Positions 54,881 to 64,000 of a stretch of 64,000 bases of DNA are shown here, in pieces. The DNA lies in the IMG/VR virus record IMGVR_UViG_3300024331_000007, positions 64,001 through 128,000 of that record. The stretch is one strand, 5' to 3'. A program made the position numbers and the translations under genes. The notes under the pieces were generated by a model, which ran no database searches, was not told the DNA's origin, and worked only from the letters and a program-made list of their open reading frames with translations. Every line of letters begins with the position of its first letter. Position 1 is the first letter of the stretch. The stretch comes from a virus (lineage: Duplodnaviria > Caudoviricetes).

Positions 54881-56461
54881 TTAGCCCAAAAGTGTCTTGC
54901 GCATTCCAGCAAGAGTTACAGTGTTGAAGACTTTTCCATCCCTGAATCTCAGAACATATTCTCCAAGATCATCGAGGTTTGGAAGACGATCAACCAACTC
55001 GTATCCGATTTCTGGATTTACAGCCTTCAGGAATCCACGCGCCGATTTCTTCACGCCGCCCTTGTCAGTCTTTGGGTCTTTGAAGAGTTCAACCAATTCT
55101 CCATCAACCACAATAGCTGTTGCCTTGACTGCATTTCCAAAACTGTCGCGACTGTTGAACTGGTATGTGAAAGAACCAACCCCCAACACAACGTTACCGC
55201 TTGCAAAACCCTTGTTATACAGACCTTCAAGAATTTCCGCTGCTCTCTGGAGCGTGATGCTGTCTCCGTAGATCAGGCCGATGTGAGAATCCAAAAGTTT
55301 GAAACCCTTGTCCGTTGTAGTTCCGCCAAAGATTTCCCACAAGCATTCAATTGCTCCCTTGTACTCCGGGCTTCCAACTGGTGCGTCAGGATCGCCAACG
55401 ATGATCTTCACTGGATCGCCGCTATCGGGACGGATAACCACCTTGCCTTCGCGACTCATGATTACATCCTTGAGTTCGACGCAAACCTTTGTCACAACTG
55501 CCCAAAAGTCATAGGTATCTGCAACGTAGCTTATGATTCCATCAGGCTGAACTTCCGAGAACATGCGCTTTGCGCTCATCACTTCAGCATGATACAGATA
55601 TTCATCTTCCGTCAAATCAGGGAAAGCGTTTTTCAATGCTTCCTTAGAATCTTCGCGGAGTTTCTTCATTTCCTTGACGAACTTGAGGATTTGCGCGGAG
55701 CTAACGGCATGCTCACTTGCGCGAACGGACCCGCCAACCAATTCATTGTCGGAATCAGCGAAGTAATAATCTTCAAGATAATCAATGGCCGATTCGGTAT
55801 CGGTTCCAGTGAAACTCAACAGGTGAGCCGATCCAGAACGCGCCCCGTCTTCGATTCCAGACATGCCGCGATTTTCAAAACCGTGTGCTTGCCACTGAAC
55901 AAATTCCTTCGAAGAACCTGTGAGTTCGGCGTACTTGTCAAGCAACTTACGATATTCGTATGCAATAGTTGCGTTTGTGAGTGGCTTCCAAAGCTGAGTG
56001 CTAACAGCCGTCTCAATAAAGTTTACAAGCCAGTAGAAGTCTGGAAGTGTATTGAACCATACACAAACCGGGACGCGCATGTTAACACGAGCGCCTTCAG
56101 GAAGGGAGAAATATGCCAACGGCAAATATCCAAGATCGTGCAAAGCAGCAATGCGATGGGCGCTGACCTTTCCCTTGCCCAATGCGTTATCCATTCGGCG
56201 CTGATAGTGGCGAACTGCTTTTTCCTTTGGAAGATCGAAGAACGATTCGTTCCACAACTCAACCAAATATTCCATTACAACTGCGCCTTGGTGACCGTAG
56301 TTGACGACCTTATCGTCAAAAGACGGAAGCATGTTTGCCCATTTGCTAGAACGCGGGGTCATGTTCGAAAAGACGAGCGTCGTACCGCTTGGGTACATAT
56401 CCGCGTGCCCATCTTTGTAAAAATCCTTGCTGGTTGTTGCTCTTGGCTTAAACATATTCAA
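54881..56461 (-). CDS. nadV: Nicotinamide phosphoribosyltransferase-like enzyme (NadV/Nampt; possibly Namat of NARP1)
   Basis: DFYK..H...YP, TDT, ASEHAV, SYVADTYD, VIRPDSGDP, IYGDSIT, KKSARG. Confidence 0.9.
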   Translation of the reverse strand: MNMFKPRATTSKDFYKDGHADMYPSGTTLVFSNMTPRSSKWANMLPSFDDKVVNYGHQGAVVMEYLVELWNESFFDLPKEKAVRHYQRRMDNALGKGKVSAHRIAALHDLGYLPLAYFSLPEGARVNMRVPVCVWFNTLPDFYWLVNFIETAVSTQLWKPLTNATIAYEYRKLLDKYAELTGSSKEFVQWQAHGFENRGMSGIEDGARSGSAHLLSFTGTDTESAIDYLEDYYFADSDNELVGGSVRASEHAVSSAQILKFVKEMKKLREDSKEALKNAFPDLTEDEYLYHAEVMSAKRMFSEVQPDGIISYVADTYDFWAVVTKVCVELKDVIMSREGKVVIRPDSGDPVKIIVGDPDAPVGSPEYKGAIECLWEIFGGTTTDKGFKLLDSHIGLIYGDSITLQRAAEILEGLYNKGFASGNVVLGVGSFTYQFNSRDSFGNAVKATAIVVDGELVELFKDPKTDKGGVKKSARGFLKAVNPEIGYELVDRLPNLDDLGEYVLRFRDGKVFNTVTLAGMRKTLLG

Positions 56462-56526
56462 ATCCTCTCATTACTGCAATTGTTTTACATCAGCTTCCTT
56501 GCAATCTTCCGCAAGTTCATCGCCAT

Positions 56527-56721
56527 TTATTTTTCGCCTACATACAAAGCCTTTCTTTGAATGTAAGTATTTGGGGCATTGTCATTGATTTTGTCTACTG
56601 CTGCCAAAGCTCGTTCTTTTGTTGAAAAGGTTATTTCGATTGTTGATGCAACAATGCTGCTCAATCCGCCTGTTGCATATGTCGTAATCAAAACACTGTG
56701 GTCTGGTGAATATGAAGACAT
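56527..56721 (-). CDS. Small hypothetical protein
   Basis: 64 aa between prs-like and nadV-like genes. Confidence 0.55.
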   Translation of the reverse strand: MSSYSPDHSVLITTYATGGLSSIVASTIEITFSTKERALAAVDKINDNAPNTYIQRKALYVGEK

Positions 56722-56722
56722 A

Positions 56723-57610
56723 TTAAACTCTCACAATCGTAAGGTTTGGGTTAGTTGTGTCAACGTTGGGGAACGGATTAGCTGTGTAGATGTGCTTGAT
56801 TCCCGCTTCAGTGATTACGGCAAGACCCTTCGAAAAGATTCCGTGGGTGACGTAAAGTTCAATTCTTGGTTCAGTAACACCGACTCTGTTACTGAATGCT
56901 GTTACTTCAAAAGTGATTGCCTTTGCCAATTCAGTGAACGTTCGTCCACCATCGCAAATGTCGTCAACAATCAAAAATGTTTTTGTGTAATGTTCTGCTG
57001 GAATGTGAATCTGTGTCCCAGTGATTTCTCCGTTCTTCGGATCGCGAATTTTGCTGGCAGTAATCATGGGAAGATTGAATTTCTTCGCAACCTTGCCAAC
57101 CTTCTTCATTGCTCCAGCATCAGGAGATACAAGAATATATTGCTCTGCTGTTCCATTGACTTCGCGATAGCGATTGCGGCCAAGAACGTTTCCAAGGAAC
57201 GTCTCAGGCCCAATGTTGTGAACGCGATTGACGAGAGCAAGCGAAACATCACTGTGAACATCCCAAAGTTCAACAGAGTCAAAGTTGAGACTGTTGATAA
57301 TGTCGGCAATAGGACGAACGCCCAATGCTTCTCCTTCGGCACACACTCTATCCTGCCTTGCGTAAGGAAGATAGGGGCAAACGAGATTCAATTTGACATT
57401 TGGTTCGATGCGACGAAACGCATCCACGAGCATAACTAATTCCAGAACCTTATCGGAATCAGTAAGATTGGCAGTGATTGTGACGGTGTTGTGTTCAGTT
57501 TTCCAGCTTGTGATTCGAACGTGGATTTCCCCGCCGCTGAACTTCAACATTGTGTATTCGGGTAAACTTCCAACCTGCTTATGAGGAATCGATGCGTAAA
57601 TTTTAAACAT
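56723..57610 (-). CDS. prs: Ribose-phosphate pyrophosphokinase-like enzyme (possibly Adps of NARP1)
   Basis: FSGGE, PYLPYARQDR, DVHS, VSPDAGA, IVDDICDGGRTF, THGIFS. Confidence 0.9.
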   Translation of the reverse strand: MFKIYASIPHKQVGSLPEYTMLKFSGGEIHVRITSWKTEHNTVTITANLTDSDKVLELVMLVDAFRRIEPNVKLNLVCPYLPYARQDRVCAEGEALGVRPIADIINSLNFDSVELWDVHSDVSLALVNRVHNIGPETFLGNVLGRNRYREVNGTAEQYILVSPDAGAMKKVGKVAKKFNLPMITASKIRDPKNGEITGTQIHIPAEHYTKTFLIVDDICDGGRTFTELAKAITFEVTAFSNRVGVTEPRIELYVTHGIFSKGLAVITEAGIKHIYTANPFPNVDTTNPNLTIVRV

Positions 57611-57801
57611 TTCGCCCTTTCGTTACTTTCCTGCCCACATCAAGTATAGCACATAAACGATGACGCCTTGCAAAATAAACTCGCCAGTAGCACGAGCGGG
57701 ATTCGATGTTATGCTAAAGCCACATTTGTAAAAGTACTCCCATCGACCATAAAAGATCATTGCCATGAATAACGTTGCAGAGAAATGTAGTGCAAAAACC
57801 A

Positions 57802-58083
57802 TTACTTCTCGAATCCAAGAGCAACTTTCTCTTCATGCGACAACTTGTTCAATGCAGACTTGCGAAGTTCCGATGTTACCTCGTCGCTGTATTCAGCAAA
57901 TGATTCGAAAATAGTCAGCGATTTCTTCTGTACATCTCCATCGCCGATCCCCATAGTTCCTCTGCCGTTTGCCGCTCTGTTGGCATCAATATGATGAGTG
58001 AAATATGCCACATGTAGCATCGGTCCACGGCCTTCGATATTGTCGGCGTTTTCCAGAACTTCGTAAACATCAAAGCGTTTCAT
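57802..58083 (-). CDS. Hypothetical early protein
   Basis: SD and sigma70-like promoter upstream. Confidence 0.7.
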   Translation of the reverse strand: MKRFDVYEVLENADNIEGRGPMLHVAYFTHHIDANRAANGRGTMGIGDGDVQKKSLTIFESFAEYSDEVTSELRKSALNKLSHEEKVALGFEK

Positions 58084-58103
58084 ATTTCCCTTTCACTGTA
58101 TTC

Positions 58104-58132
58104 AGTATACGTTCGATTTTAAAGTTTGGCAA
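58104..58132 (-). promoter_or_regulatory. Sigma70-like early promoter
   Basis: TTGCCA-17 nt-TATACT. Confidence 0.7.
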
Positions 58133-58146
58133 GTAAAAACCAAATT

Positions 58147-58521
58147 TTAGATTTTATTTACAGTTGGTGTTCTAACTTCTCGATTTTCAGATATTTCCCA
58201 AAGTTCATCTACGTTGTAATGAGGCTGATAGATAGCGCGACCTTTATACAGAAACCACTCGCGAGTCCGATGCTCCATTGACGTGATTGCACATTTGAAA
58301 GCAGTTGCAACTATTTCGCTTTTGCTCATCTCGGGTGATAGAAACCAGCGGCGAGTATGTTGCAATTCAATAGCACCTGTAATAGTGTCGGCTTCCAAAT
58401 ATGTTGCGGCCAAATATACGGCTTTGGTTGTGTTTGATTCAACAACGACAAATGTATAATCCTGAAAATTGCATTCAGAGACAATTTCTTTCGCTGTCTG
58501 AATCCAGTTTTGATTTTCCAT
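58147..58521 (-). CDS. Hypothetical protein (start revised to MENQNW)
   Basis: GGAG SD; EHRTREWFLYKGRAIYQPH. Confidence 0.65.
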   Translation of the reverse strand: MENQNWIQTAKEIVSECNFQDYTFVVVESNTTKAVYLAATYLEADTITGAIELQHTRRWFLSPEMSKSEIVATAFKCAITSMEHRTREWFLYKGRAIYQPHYNVDELWEISENREVRTPTVNKI

Positions 58522-58529
58522 AACAACTC

Positions 58530-61100
58530 CTACCAATACTTGTGAATGAAATGTGCAAGGATAATTATTCCACCGACAAGCATAGATGTGCAAAAAGCAA
58601 ACCACAATATTGCCATTGTTCGCAGAATATTTGTTTCAAGGAAAAGAGCATCGCAAATCTTTTCGAGGAATGACCGCTTAAAAAATCGACGGTCAATTGC
58701 AGGACGACTATTAGTGTTGTTAAACATTAGTCGTCCACCTTGTAGAATGCCGCGACGTTTTCAAATTCATCAACACTCAGGTTAATGTCCGTGAAACAAC
58801 GATCTTTCAATGCCAGAGCGACGTATTCAATCTTTTCAAGTTGATAAAGCCAATTGGAATAACGTTCTTTGGCGTATCTAAGATCGTAGGAGGAGTCCAT
58901 AAGATTTTCGGCGCGGTTTATAACGTCCTCTTCAGTTGGCGTCACGAGAGGTCCGAAAATCCAATACTTTTTTCGTGGCGTTCTAAACCTATCATAGACT
59001 TCTTCTGTGGATTCTTTACGCTTCTTTTCGATGTATTCACGAGTGTCAGCGATTGATTCCAGAACCTTGTCCAGAATAAACTTGTTTGCCATTATATCCC
59101 TTCCTTCAAACGAAAATATTGATCCGCTCCCAATGGTCTTCCAAGCAGCTTTTCCTGTAGGAAATATGCCGCCTCAGACAACTTTTGAGCAGACTCAAAC
59201 TTGTTCTGTTTTACAGCATTGATGATGTGAGTTTTGTATCGCGCTATATTGCGCTTTTGCTGATTGCGCACAATAAGCATTTCCTCTTTTGAGAATGGAA
59301 CAAAGAACTTTTCGAGGAAGGAAGTGCGAGCCGCCGAGGATTGCTGTCCGCTGTGTCCACCAGTTACGAACGCGACATACTGACCGAATCGAGTGTACAA
59401 GCCATGATAGCTAGCAACAACGATGCCATCATGAGCCTTGACTCGTTCGATAATTTCTTTTTGTAATTTTGTCATTTTCTCTTCCGAGTACTCAGCATGG
59501 CAATGCCCGTTCCGTAAAGATCGGCGTTATGGTCAAACTGCATATCTTCAATTTCCTCAACAAGTTTTTCACGATCTTTGGCGTTTTTACGAGCCACTGC
59601 ACGAACGGCTTTCCGTTCATGTTGTGCAGCTAATGTTGCAAACTCCATAATAGCACGAATTGCCGCCTTATTCCACGGTTCGGGGAAACGATGTAAAGAA
59701 TGCTTCTGAATTAACTGTTTCACGAGTTTGTTTTTAGTTGGCATCGTTTTTACCCTTTGAAATTTCACCTTTTGCAATAAGGTCGTCTAATTTTTTCCAC
59801 GTCGCCAAATACCATCTAATAGTGATTGGACGATTTCCAGCCATCGTTCGAAGACTCGCGATTGATCGAATTAATCGAATGCGAGTAATAATATCAGATA
59901 GTGACATCAGTTTCCCTTCAGAATTTCTTCCACTGCGTTTAGCTTGGATTCAATGTACTTTTCAATTCATTACCAAAAAACCTCAACAAGATAAAGCCCC
60001 TCAGGGATAAGATCACGATTTACAAGATCAGTAAAAATGATGTGGGCTAAATAATCGCCGCATCCCACCTTTACAAATTCATCCAAACATTTTTGCTCAT
60101 ATAATGACAGTTCCTGCTTTCGTCCGATGAATTTAGATTCGCTGTCATTACTCAATCCCTGATCCGAAACAATCTGAAATTTATGGCCGTAAATGTGGGA
60201 TACAAAATTATCGAAGTCTTTGTAATCAACTGATCGAATTGTTTGTATTACAAAAGGTAATTGCGTCATTATTTTGTACCTTCTTTCAAAATTTTCACAT
60301 AAAGATCGCTGGCAGTTGAGCATAAAATTCTGGACGCATCTTTCAAACCGTTTTCGTACCAAAACCGCCGATTGTCCATTAGTTGATAATGTGCGCGAAG
60401 AAAAAACTTTCGAATCTCCGAAAGAGATGAGTTGGAAATAATTTCATCCATTAGCTCAAATCCTCCATAATCAGACTCGTGCAACCAGCAGCCTCGGCTA
60501 GTTCATATGCCTCGAAGCGGAAAAAATCTTCTCTCGGCCTTCCGTAGTGGTAAACCTTGTTTTCCTTCAGCCACGCCTGATACCGCGTTATGCGGCCTTC
60601 AAAATCGGGAGTCGTGTAGCATTGTGGATATTGAAACTCGTATGGAAGGTCCGCATCCGTCAACAGTTTGATTGACTCAACAAGATCGACACGATAGGCC
60701 ATTTCAGTATCCTTTCCAGTTAGCTAATGAGATGAGTGATGAAATGCGAGATGCCGATGGCAAGCAAGGTGGCGAAAAAGCTAATGATTCCCGCTGCCAT
60801 AAAAGTTGCTTTTACTTCGCGAGCAACAATTTCTTTATCATTGCTGCGCAACTTTTCTCTATCGACCACTGTGCCACAAATCACCATCGTAAGCACGCCA
60901 TAAAAACCAATCCAGCCTAAAAATTCGTAGATCATCAATTACTCCTTATCCATTCGTCCGAAAAAATATGCTGTACATACACCAGCGGCAAAAAAGTACA
61001 TGTCGTCAAACCACGTAATAAAAGAATGATTGGTTTGAAAAACATAAATGGCAATGCCAAGTCCAGCGCCAATGATTATACTAATTGCTGTTCTGGCTCT
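58530..61100 (-). other. Run of about ten tightly packed small hypothetical early ORFs, several membrane-type
   Basis: ORFs 58530-58727, 58727-59092, 59092-59475, 59472-59744, 59970-60269 region, 60269-60484, 60451-60702, 60720-60938, 60939 onward with overlapping start/stop junctions. Confidence 0.6.
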
Positions 61101-61105
61101 CATGG

Positions 61106-61351
61106 TTACCGAGCCTTTCGTTTGGATGGTACTGGCGCAAGCGAATTTGTGCAAACCATGCCGATGAATTTACCAGCGGAAACACTGCCAACATAGCACA
61201 TTCCCATCGTATTAGCCTTGGGAGCGCCGTGCACGTTGATAACGCGCACGATAGCGCCTTCGCCAAGGCCATTCACCGGGGGATTAAGAACGTCGAAAAG
61301 AACAGGGCTGTAGGAGTAAATCGAATTGACGCGAACCCTGCGATTTGACAT
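61106..61351 (-). CDS. Small SH3-like early protein (MSNRRV), in frame with an upstream ORF
   Basis: Own promoter and GAGAGGAA SD identical in design to the 2273 gene. Confidence 0.65.
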   Translation of the reverse strand: MSNRRVRVNSIYSYSPVLFDVLNPPVNGLGEGAIVRVINVHGAPKANTMGMCYVGSVSAGKFIGMVCTNSLAPVPSKRKAR

Positions 61352-61378
61352 TCGTTTATTCCTCTCACCAACAAATAT

Positions 61379-61407
61379 AGTATACCAAACTTCATCATTG
61401 AAGTCAA
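61379..61407 (-). promoter_or_regulatory. Sigma70-like early promoter, homolog of 2299-2327
   Basis: TTGACT-17 nt-TATACT, shared GAAGTTTGGTATACTANATTTGTTGGTGAGAGGAA. Confidence 0.8.
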
Positions 61408-61638
61408 GGGCAAAGTTTGGTTTTGGCCGATATTTGGCCCCTGCGCTTGTGTTGATGGACATGTATTTGCCGTTTTCATCCTTGTTAAAACATCCACCAA
61501 AAATCTTTACATTGTGAAGCTCTTTCCAGCCATCAACTTGATCTTTTAACTCTAGTGCTTTTCTTTGCTTGACTTCCCAAATATGAGAATGGGCGTTTTG
61601 AAATGCCGTAGGAATTTCGTCCATGTAAACTATGTGAC

Positions 61639-61893
61639 TCATGACCACTCCAGCATGAACAGTACATATTCAGATTTGCTTTTAAATGTGAAAGTGAGTA
61701 TATCAGTCCCCCAAACTGCATTAACTTTGATACCGAAATGTTCCATCCATTTTTGGCAGGCAAAATTCAAAGACTCCTGCGCCGATTGACTATCTTGTTT
61801 ATATTTTTTGGGGATGGTTGAAAGATAATCATTTGCCTTCATAAATGCGCTTCCCATCGTTTGAACATCAACTGTTAATGACTCGTCATTCAT
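61639..61893 (-). CDS. Second array member, tail FKSKSEYVLFMLEWS
   Basis: TGGAGTGGTCATGA junction. Confidence 0.8.
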   Translation of the reverse strand: MNDESLTVDVQTMGSAFMKANDYLSTIPKKYKQDSQSAQESLNFACQKWMEHFGIKVNAVWGTDILTFTFKSKSEYVLFMLEWS

Positions 61894-62129
61894 GACCACT
61901 CCAACATGTACAAAACATAATCTTCTTTGCTATCAAACACGATGTATCCATAACGCTCGTTTTTCTTTCCTTTGTTTTTATGAACAAGAATAGCACGAAA
62001 AGCGTCATGATATCTTTGATTCAATTCTTCCTGTGTCATTAGTATAAGTGTATCTGCTCCAAATAACGATTCCCATGCATTCAAGTGGGCTGAATAGATG
62101 GCATCAAATCTCGCTCGATATTTTTTCAT
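61890..62129 (-). CDS. Second array member, tail FDSKEDYVLYMLEWS
   Basis: TTGGAGTGGTCATGA junction. Confidence 0.8.
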   Translation of the reverse strand: MKKYRARFDAIYSAHLNAWESLFGADTLILMTQEELNQRYHDAFRAILVHKNKGKKNERYGYIVFDSKEDYVLYMLEWS

Positions 62130-62365
62130 GTCCACTCCAATGTCGTTAAAACAAATGATTCCTTGTTTTCAAATTCAAGGTAGTACCATCCTTGTCCGCG
62201 TTCATCATCTATTGTTAAAAGCCTAGCGTTGCATTTATCCTTGAAAAATTTAACAAGGGTGTCATCGTCGTAATTAAATGAGAACTCGTATCGGCAAGCG
62301 TCAATAACATGACACCATACCTCGGGTATATCAGTTACCTTTACGAGTTGTTTTAGATGTCCCAT
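62126..62365 (-). CDS. Second array member, tail FENKESFVLTTLEWT
   Basis: TTGGAGTGGACATGA junction. Confidence 0.8.
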   Translation of the reverse strand: MGHLKQLVKVTDIPEVWCHVIDACRYEFSFNYDDDTLVKFFKDKCNARLLTIDDERGQGWYYLEFENKESFVLTTLEWT

Positions 62366-63375
62366 TTAATTTCGTACCAATGACGCATCCACCCCGCCAA
62401 CCAAGAATCCATTTGTAATGATAGTTCAGGACTCTTTTTTGGGAGAGGAGAATTGGCTTCAATCGTCTTCAACACATCAAGTCTTTCATTGAGGATATCG
62501 ATGACATTGTTATATGGCAACTGTCCATTCTTGATTTGCAGAAGAAAATCAACATATTCTGACGAGAATGGAAATTCCAGATTCTTTCTGGTCAGTAACG
62601 CAATTCCTTCATCGACGACCCGCAAAGCATGCATTGTTGCTTTCCAGTCAACGTTATCGATAGAAGCAGCATCTGCGCGACTTCCATATTTGTCAAGATG
62701 TTCCTGAACAACCTTGAGGCTCGTTTCAAACGTGCTGGTGTAAGGCAGAACCTTTTCCAATAGTTTGATGCAAGGCTTCATATTTCTATGATGGTCAACG
62801 GCATACTCGGTGATCTGAAAATATTTTGGAAACTTTTCAGCAACTACAGACGCCTTCATCAAGAATGGCGGCAGATAATCCAACGGTCTAGCTCCCTTAG
62901 TTGAATTACTGATTGCTTCCTTAAACAGATTCTCAGCAGCACGAACAGCATTCAGCCGTTCGCCCTTGAAAGAGTACAGAGAAGCCTGATTCACAGCATA
63001 TCCAACTAAAGCTGCCATGTTGGATGTAAGGAATCTATTCCTCAATTCTCGGCAGAAGCCTAGAAACAGAGGATCGTGCAAAACCTGATCGGCTTTAGTA
63101 AACTCAACAGCATATGCCAATTCCAAGGCATACGTTTGACCACCCAAAAAGTCATAAGCAAAAACCTGCACAGGAATGAACTCTTCATCCATGTCCTCGG
63201 CAGAGTTGCGGGTATTCTTTTCAGTGTTTGTCTTTTTGACAATATTCTGGATTCGCTTGCCGACAAGAATGTCATTCAAATCAGGCAAAACAACATGCTT
63301 CAAGTCCACGTCAGACGTTGGGGTCTGCGTTCCATATAGAAACGATCCATATCTAGTTGTAAATAGTTTTCTCAT
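62353..63375 (-). CDS. Pol-beta superfamily nucleotidyltransferase (RlaP / Nrdc.11-like)
   Basis: YGSFLYGTQTPTSDVD; DWKATMHALR; FLLQIKNG. Confidence 0.8.
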   Translation of the reverse strand: MRKLFTTRYGSFLYGTQTPTSDVDLKHVVLPDLNDILVGKRIQNIVKKTNTEKNTRNSAEDMDEEFIPVQVFAYDFLGGQTYALELAYAVEFTKADQVLHDPLFLGFCRELRNRFLTSNMAALVGYAVNQASLYSFKGERLNAVRAAENLFKEAISNSTKGARPLDYLPPFLMKASVVAEKFPKYFQITEYAVDHHRNMKPCIKLLEKVLPYTSTFETSLKVVQEHLDKYGSRADAASIDNVDWKATMHALRVVDEGIALLTRKNLEFPFSSEYVDFLLQIKNGQLPYNNVIDILNERLDVLKTIEANSPLPKKSPELSLQMDSWLAGWMRHWYEIKWDI

Positions 63376-63384
63376 GTTGCTCCC

Positions 63385-63413
63385 ATTTTAGCAGAAACGC
63401 CATAAAGAGTCAA
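63385..63413 (-). promoter_or_regulatory. Sigma70-like early promoter
   Basis: TTGACT-17 nt-TAAAAT, then GGGAG SD and ATG 63375. Confidence 0.7.
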
Positions 63414-63430
63414 CCGAAACAACGAAGGGG

Positions 63431-63853
63431 TTAAATCTGAGGTTTTAAAGGGGTTTCGTTGGGTTCTTCGGGTGGTTTCGCAGAGGGGGCATCGCTCATA
63501 ACCTGAGGATTATATCCGTGAAAACCAGTGTATGGAAGTGCTTTTTCAGTAGTGAGCAATTCCTGCTCTTTTTTGATCAATGTTTGTTTCAGTGCAATAT
63601 CTTCGCGTTTTTGCTTTTCCTGATTATCCAACAGTCGATTAATTAACTCTTGCTTTTGTTGCGATATATCAACTTCAGAAGTCAAAACTCGAATTGCATT
63701 TGCTTGGATTTTCTCATTTGATTCAATAGAGTCAAATCTTTTTTCCAATGTCAATTGCTGCTTAACAACATATCCAACGCTGCTTGCCAGTGCAACTAAA
63801 ATAGATGCTATACTGGCCGCTGTTGCCAAACGATTTTTCAAGTCTGCTTTCAT
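63431..63853 (-). CDS. Membrane-anchored coiled-coil protein
   Basis: N-terminal TM helix then heptad-rich region. Confidence 0.6.
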   Translation of the reverse strand: MKADLKNRLATAASIASILVALASSVGYVVKQQLTLEKRFDSIESNEKIQANAIRVLTSEVDISQQKQELINRLLDNQEKQKREDIALKQTLIKKEQELLTTEKALPYTGFHGYNPQVMSDAPSAKPPEEPNETPLKPQI

Positions 63854-64000
63854 GATTGGTTTTCGTGTTGCTTTATTTTCGTCATTGCGTCTTCGGCCAG
63901 TTTAGGTAAATCATGCCATGACCAAAATCCATTTTCTTTCGGCCCTTTGTGCAATGCATTCGCCGTTTCTGTGAGAAGTTGAGCCAATCTATTACGAATT
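63850..64000 (-). CDS. Partial hypothetical protein, start outside window
   Basis: Open frame IRNRLAQLLTETANALHKGPKENGFWSWHDLPKL...QS ending in ATGA overlap. Confidence 0.55.
   Translation of the reverse strand, partial: IRNRLAQLLTETANALHKGPKENGFWSWHDLPKLAEDAMTKIKQHENQS

Noticed and set aside
57644-57674. Sigma70-like promoter on the minus strand before prs
   Set aside because: Spacer is 19 nt and the site lies inside a plausible 59 aa membrane ORF; unsupported.
1-64000. tRNA, rRNA or tmRNA genes
   Set aside because: No cloverleaf with T-loop GTTCRA context found in the intergenic gaps inspected; several gaps proved to be short ORFs.
1-64000. Stop codon reassignment as in some jumbo phages
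   Set aside because: Core genes (sheath, terL, uvsX, nadV) are intact in the standard code, and TAA, TAG and TGA all end genes.

Overview
AT-rich, densely coding 64 kb segment of a large T4-superfamily (jumbo myovirus-like) phage in the standard genetic code. It holds a late structural block (neck gp14/gp13, tail sheath, tail tube, gp4-like head completion nuclease, candidate terminase small subunit, terminase large subunit, gp15-like tail completion, and a cluster of probable internal head proteins), a recombination block (UvsY, UvsX, gp32 SSB), ten free-standing endonucleases, and accessory early regions (RNA ligase plus PNKP, a PspA-TPM-YgiB-YgiC module, a Prs-like plus Nampt-like pair resembling NARP1, and a nucleotidyltransferase). 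Main discoveries: (1) an early operon of 17 translationally coupled 58-84 aa ORFs (2900-6513) with diverse, mostly SH3/KOW-like bodies that all end in the same helical tag ([ST]xEEAMLYxLENA) and a repeated junction YTGGAGAACGCATGA, with a second three-gene array (61639-62365) and an orphan fusion (26601-26909) carrying the same tag; (2) four copies of a covarying structured 5' leader, three in front of endonuclease genes; (3) a 1463 aa zinc-finger polyprotein punctuated by prohead-protease-like sites; (4) apparently leaderless late transcripts (TAAATA-N5-ATG). No tRNA, rRNA, CRISPR array, integrase or reverse transcriptase was seen. All family assignments are motif recognition by eye, not database searches.
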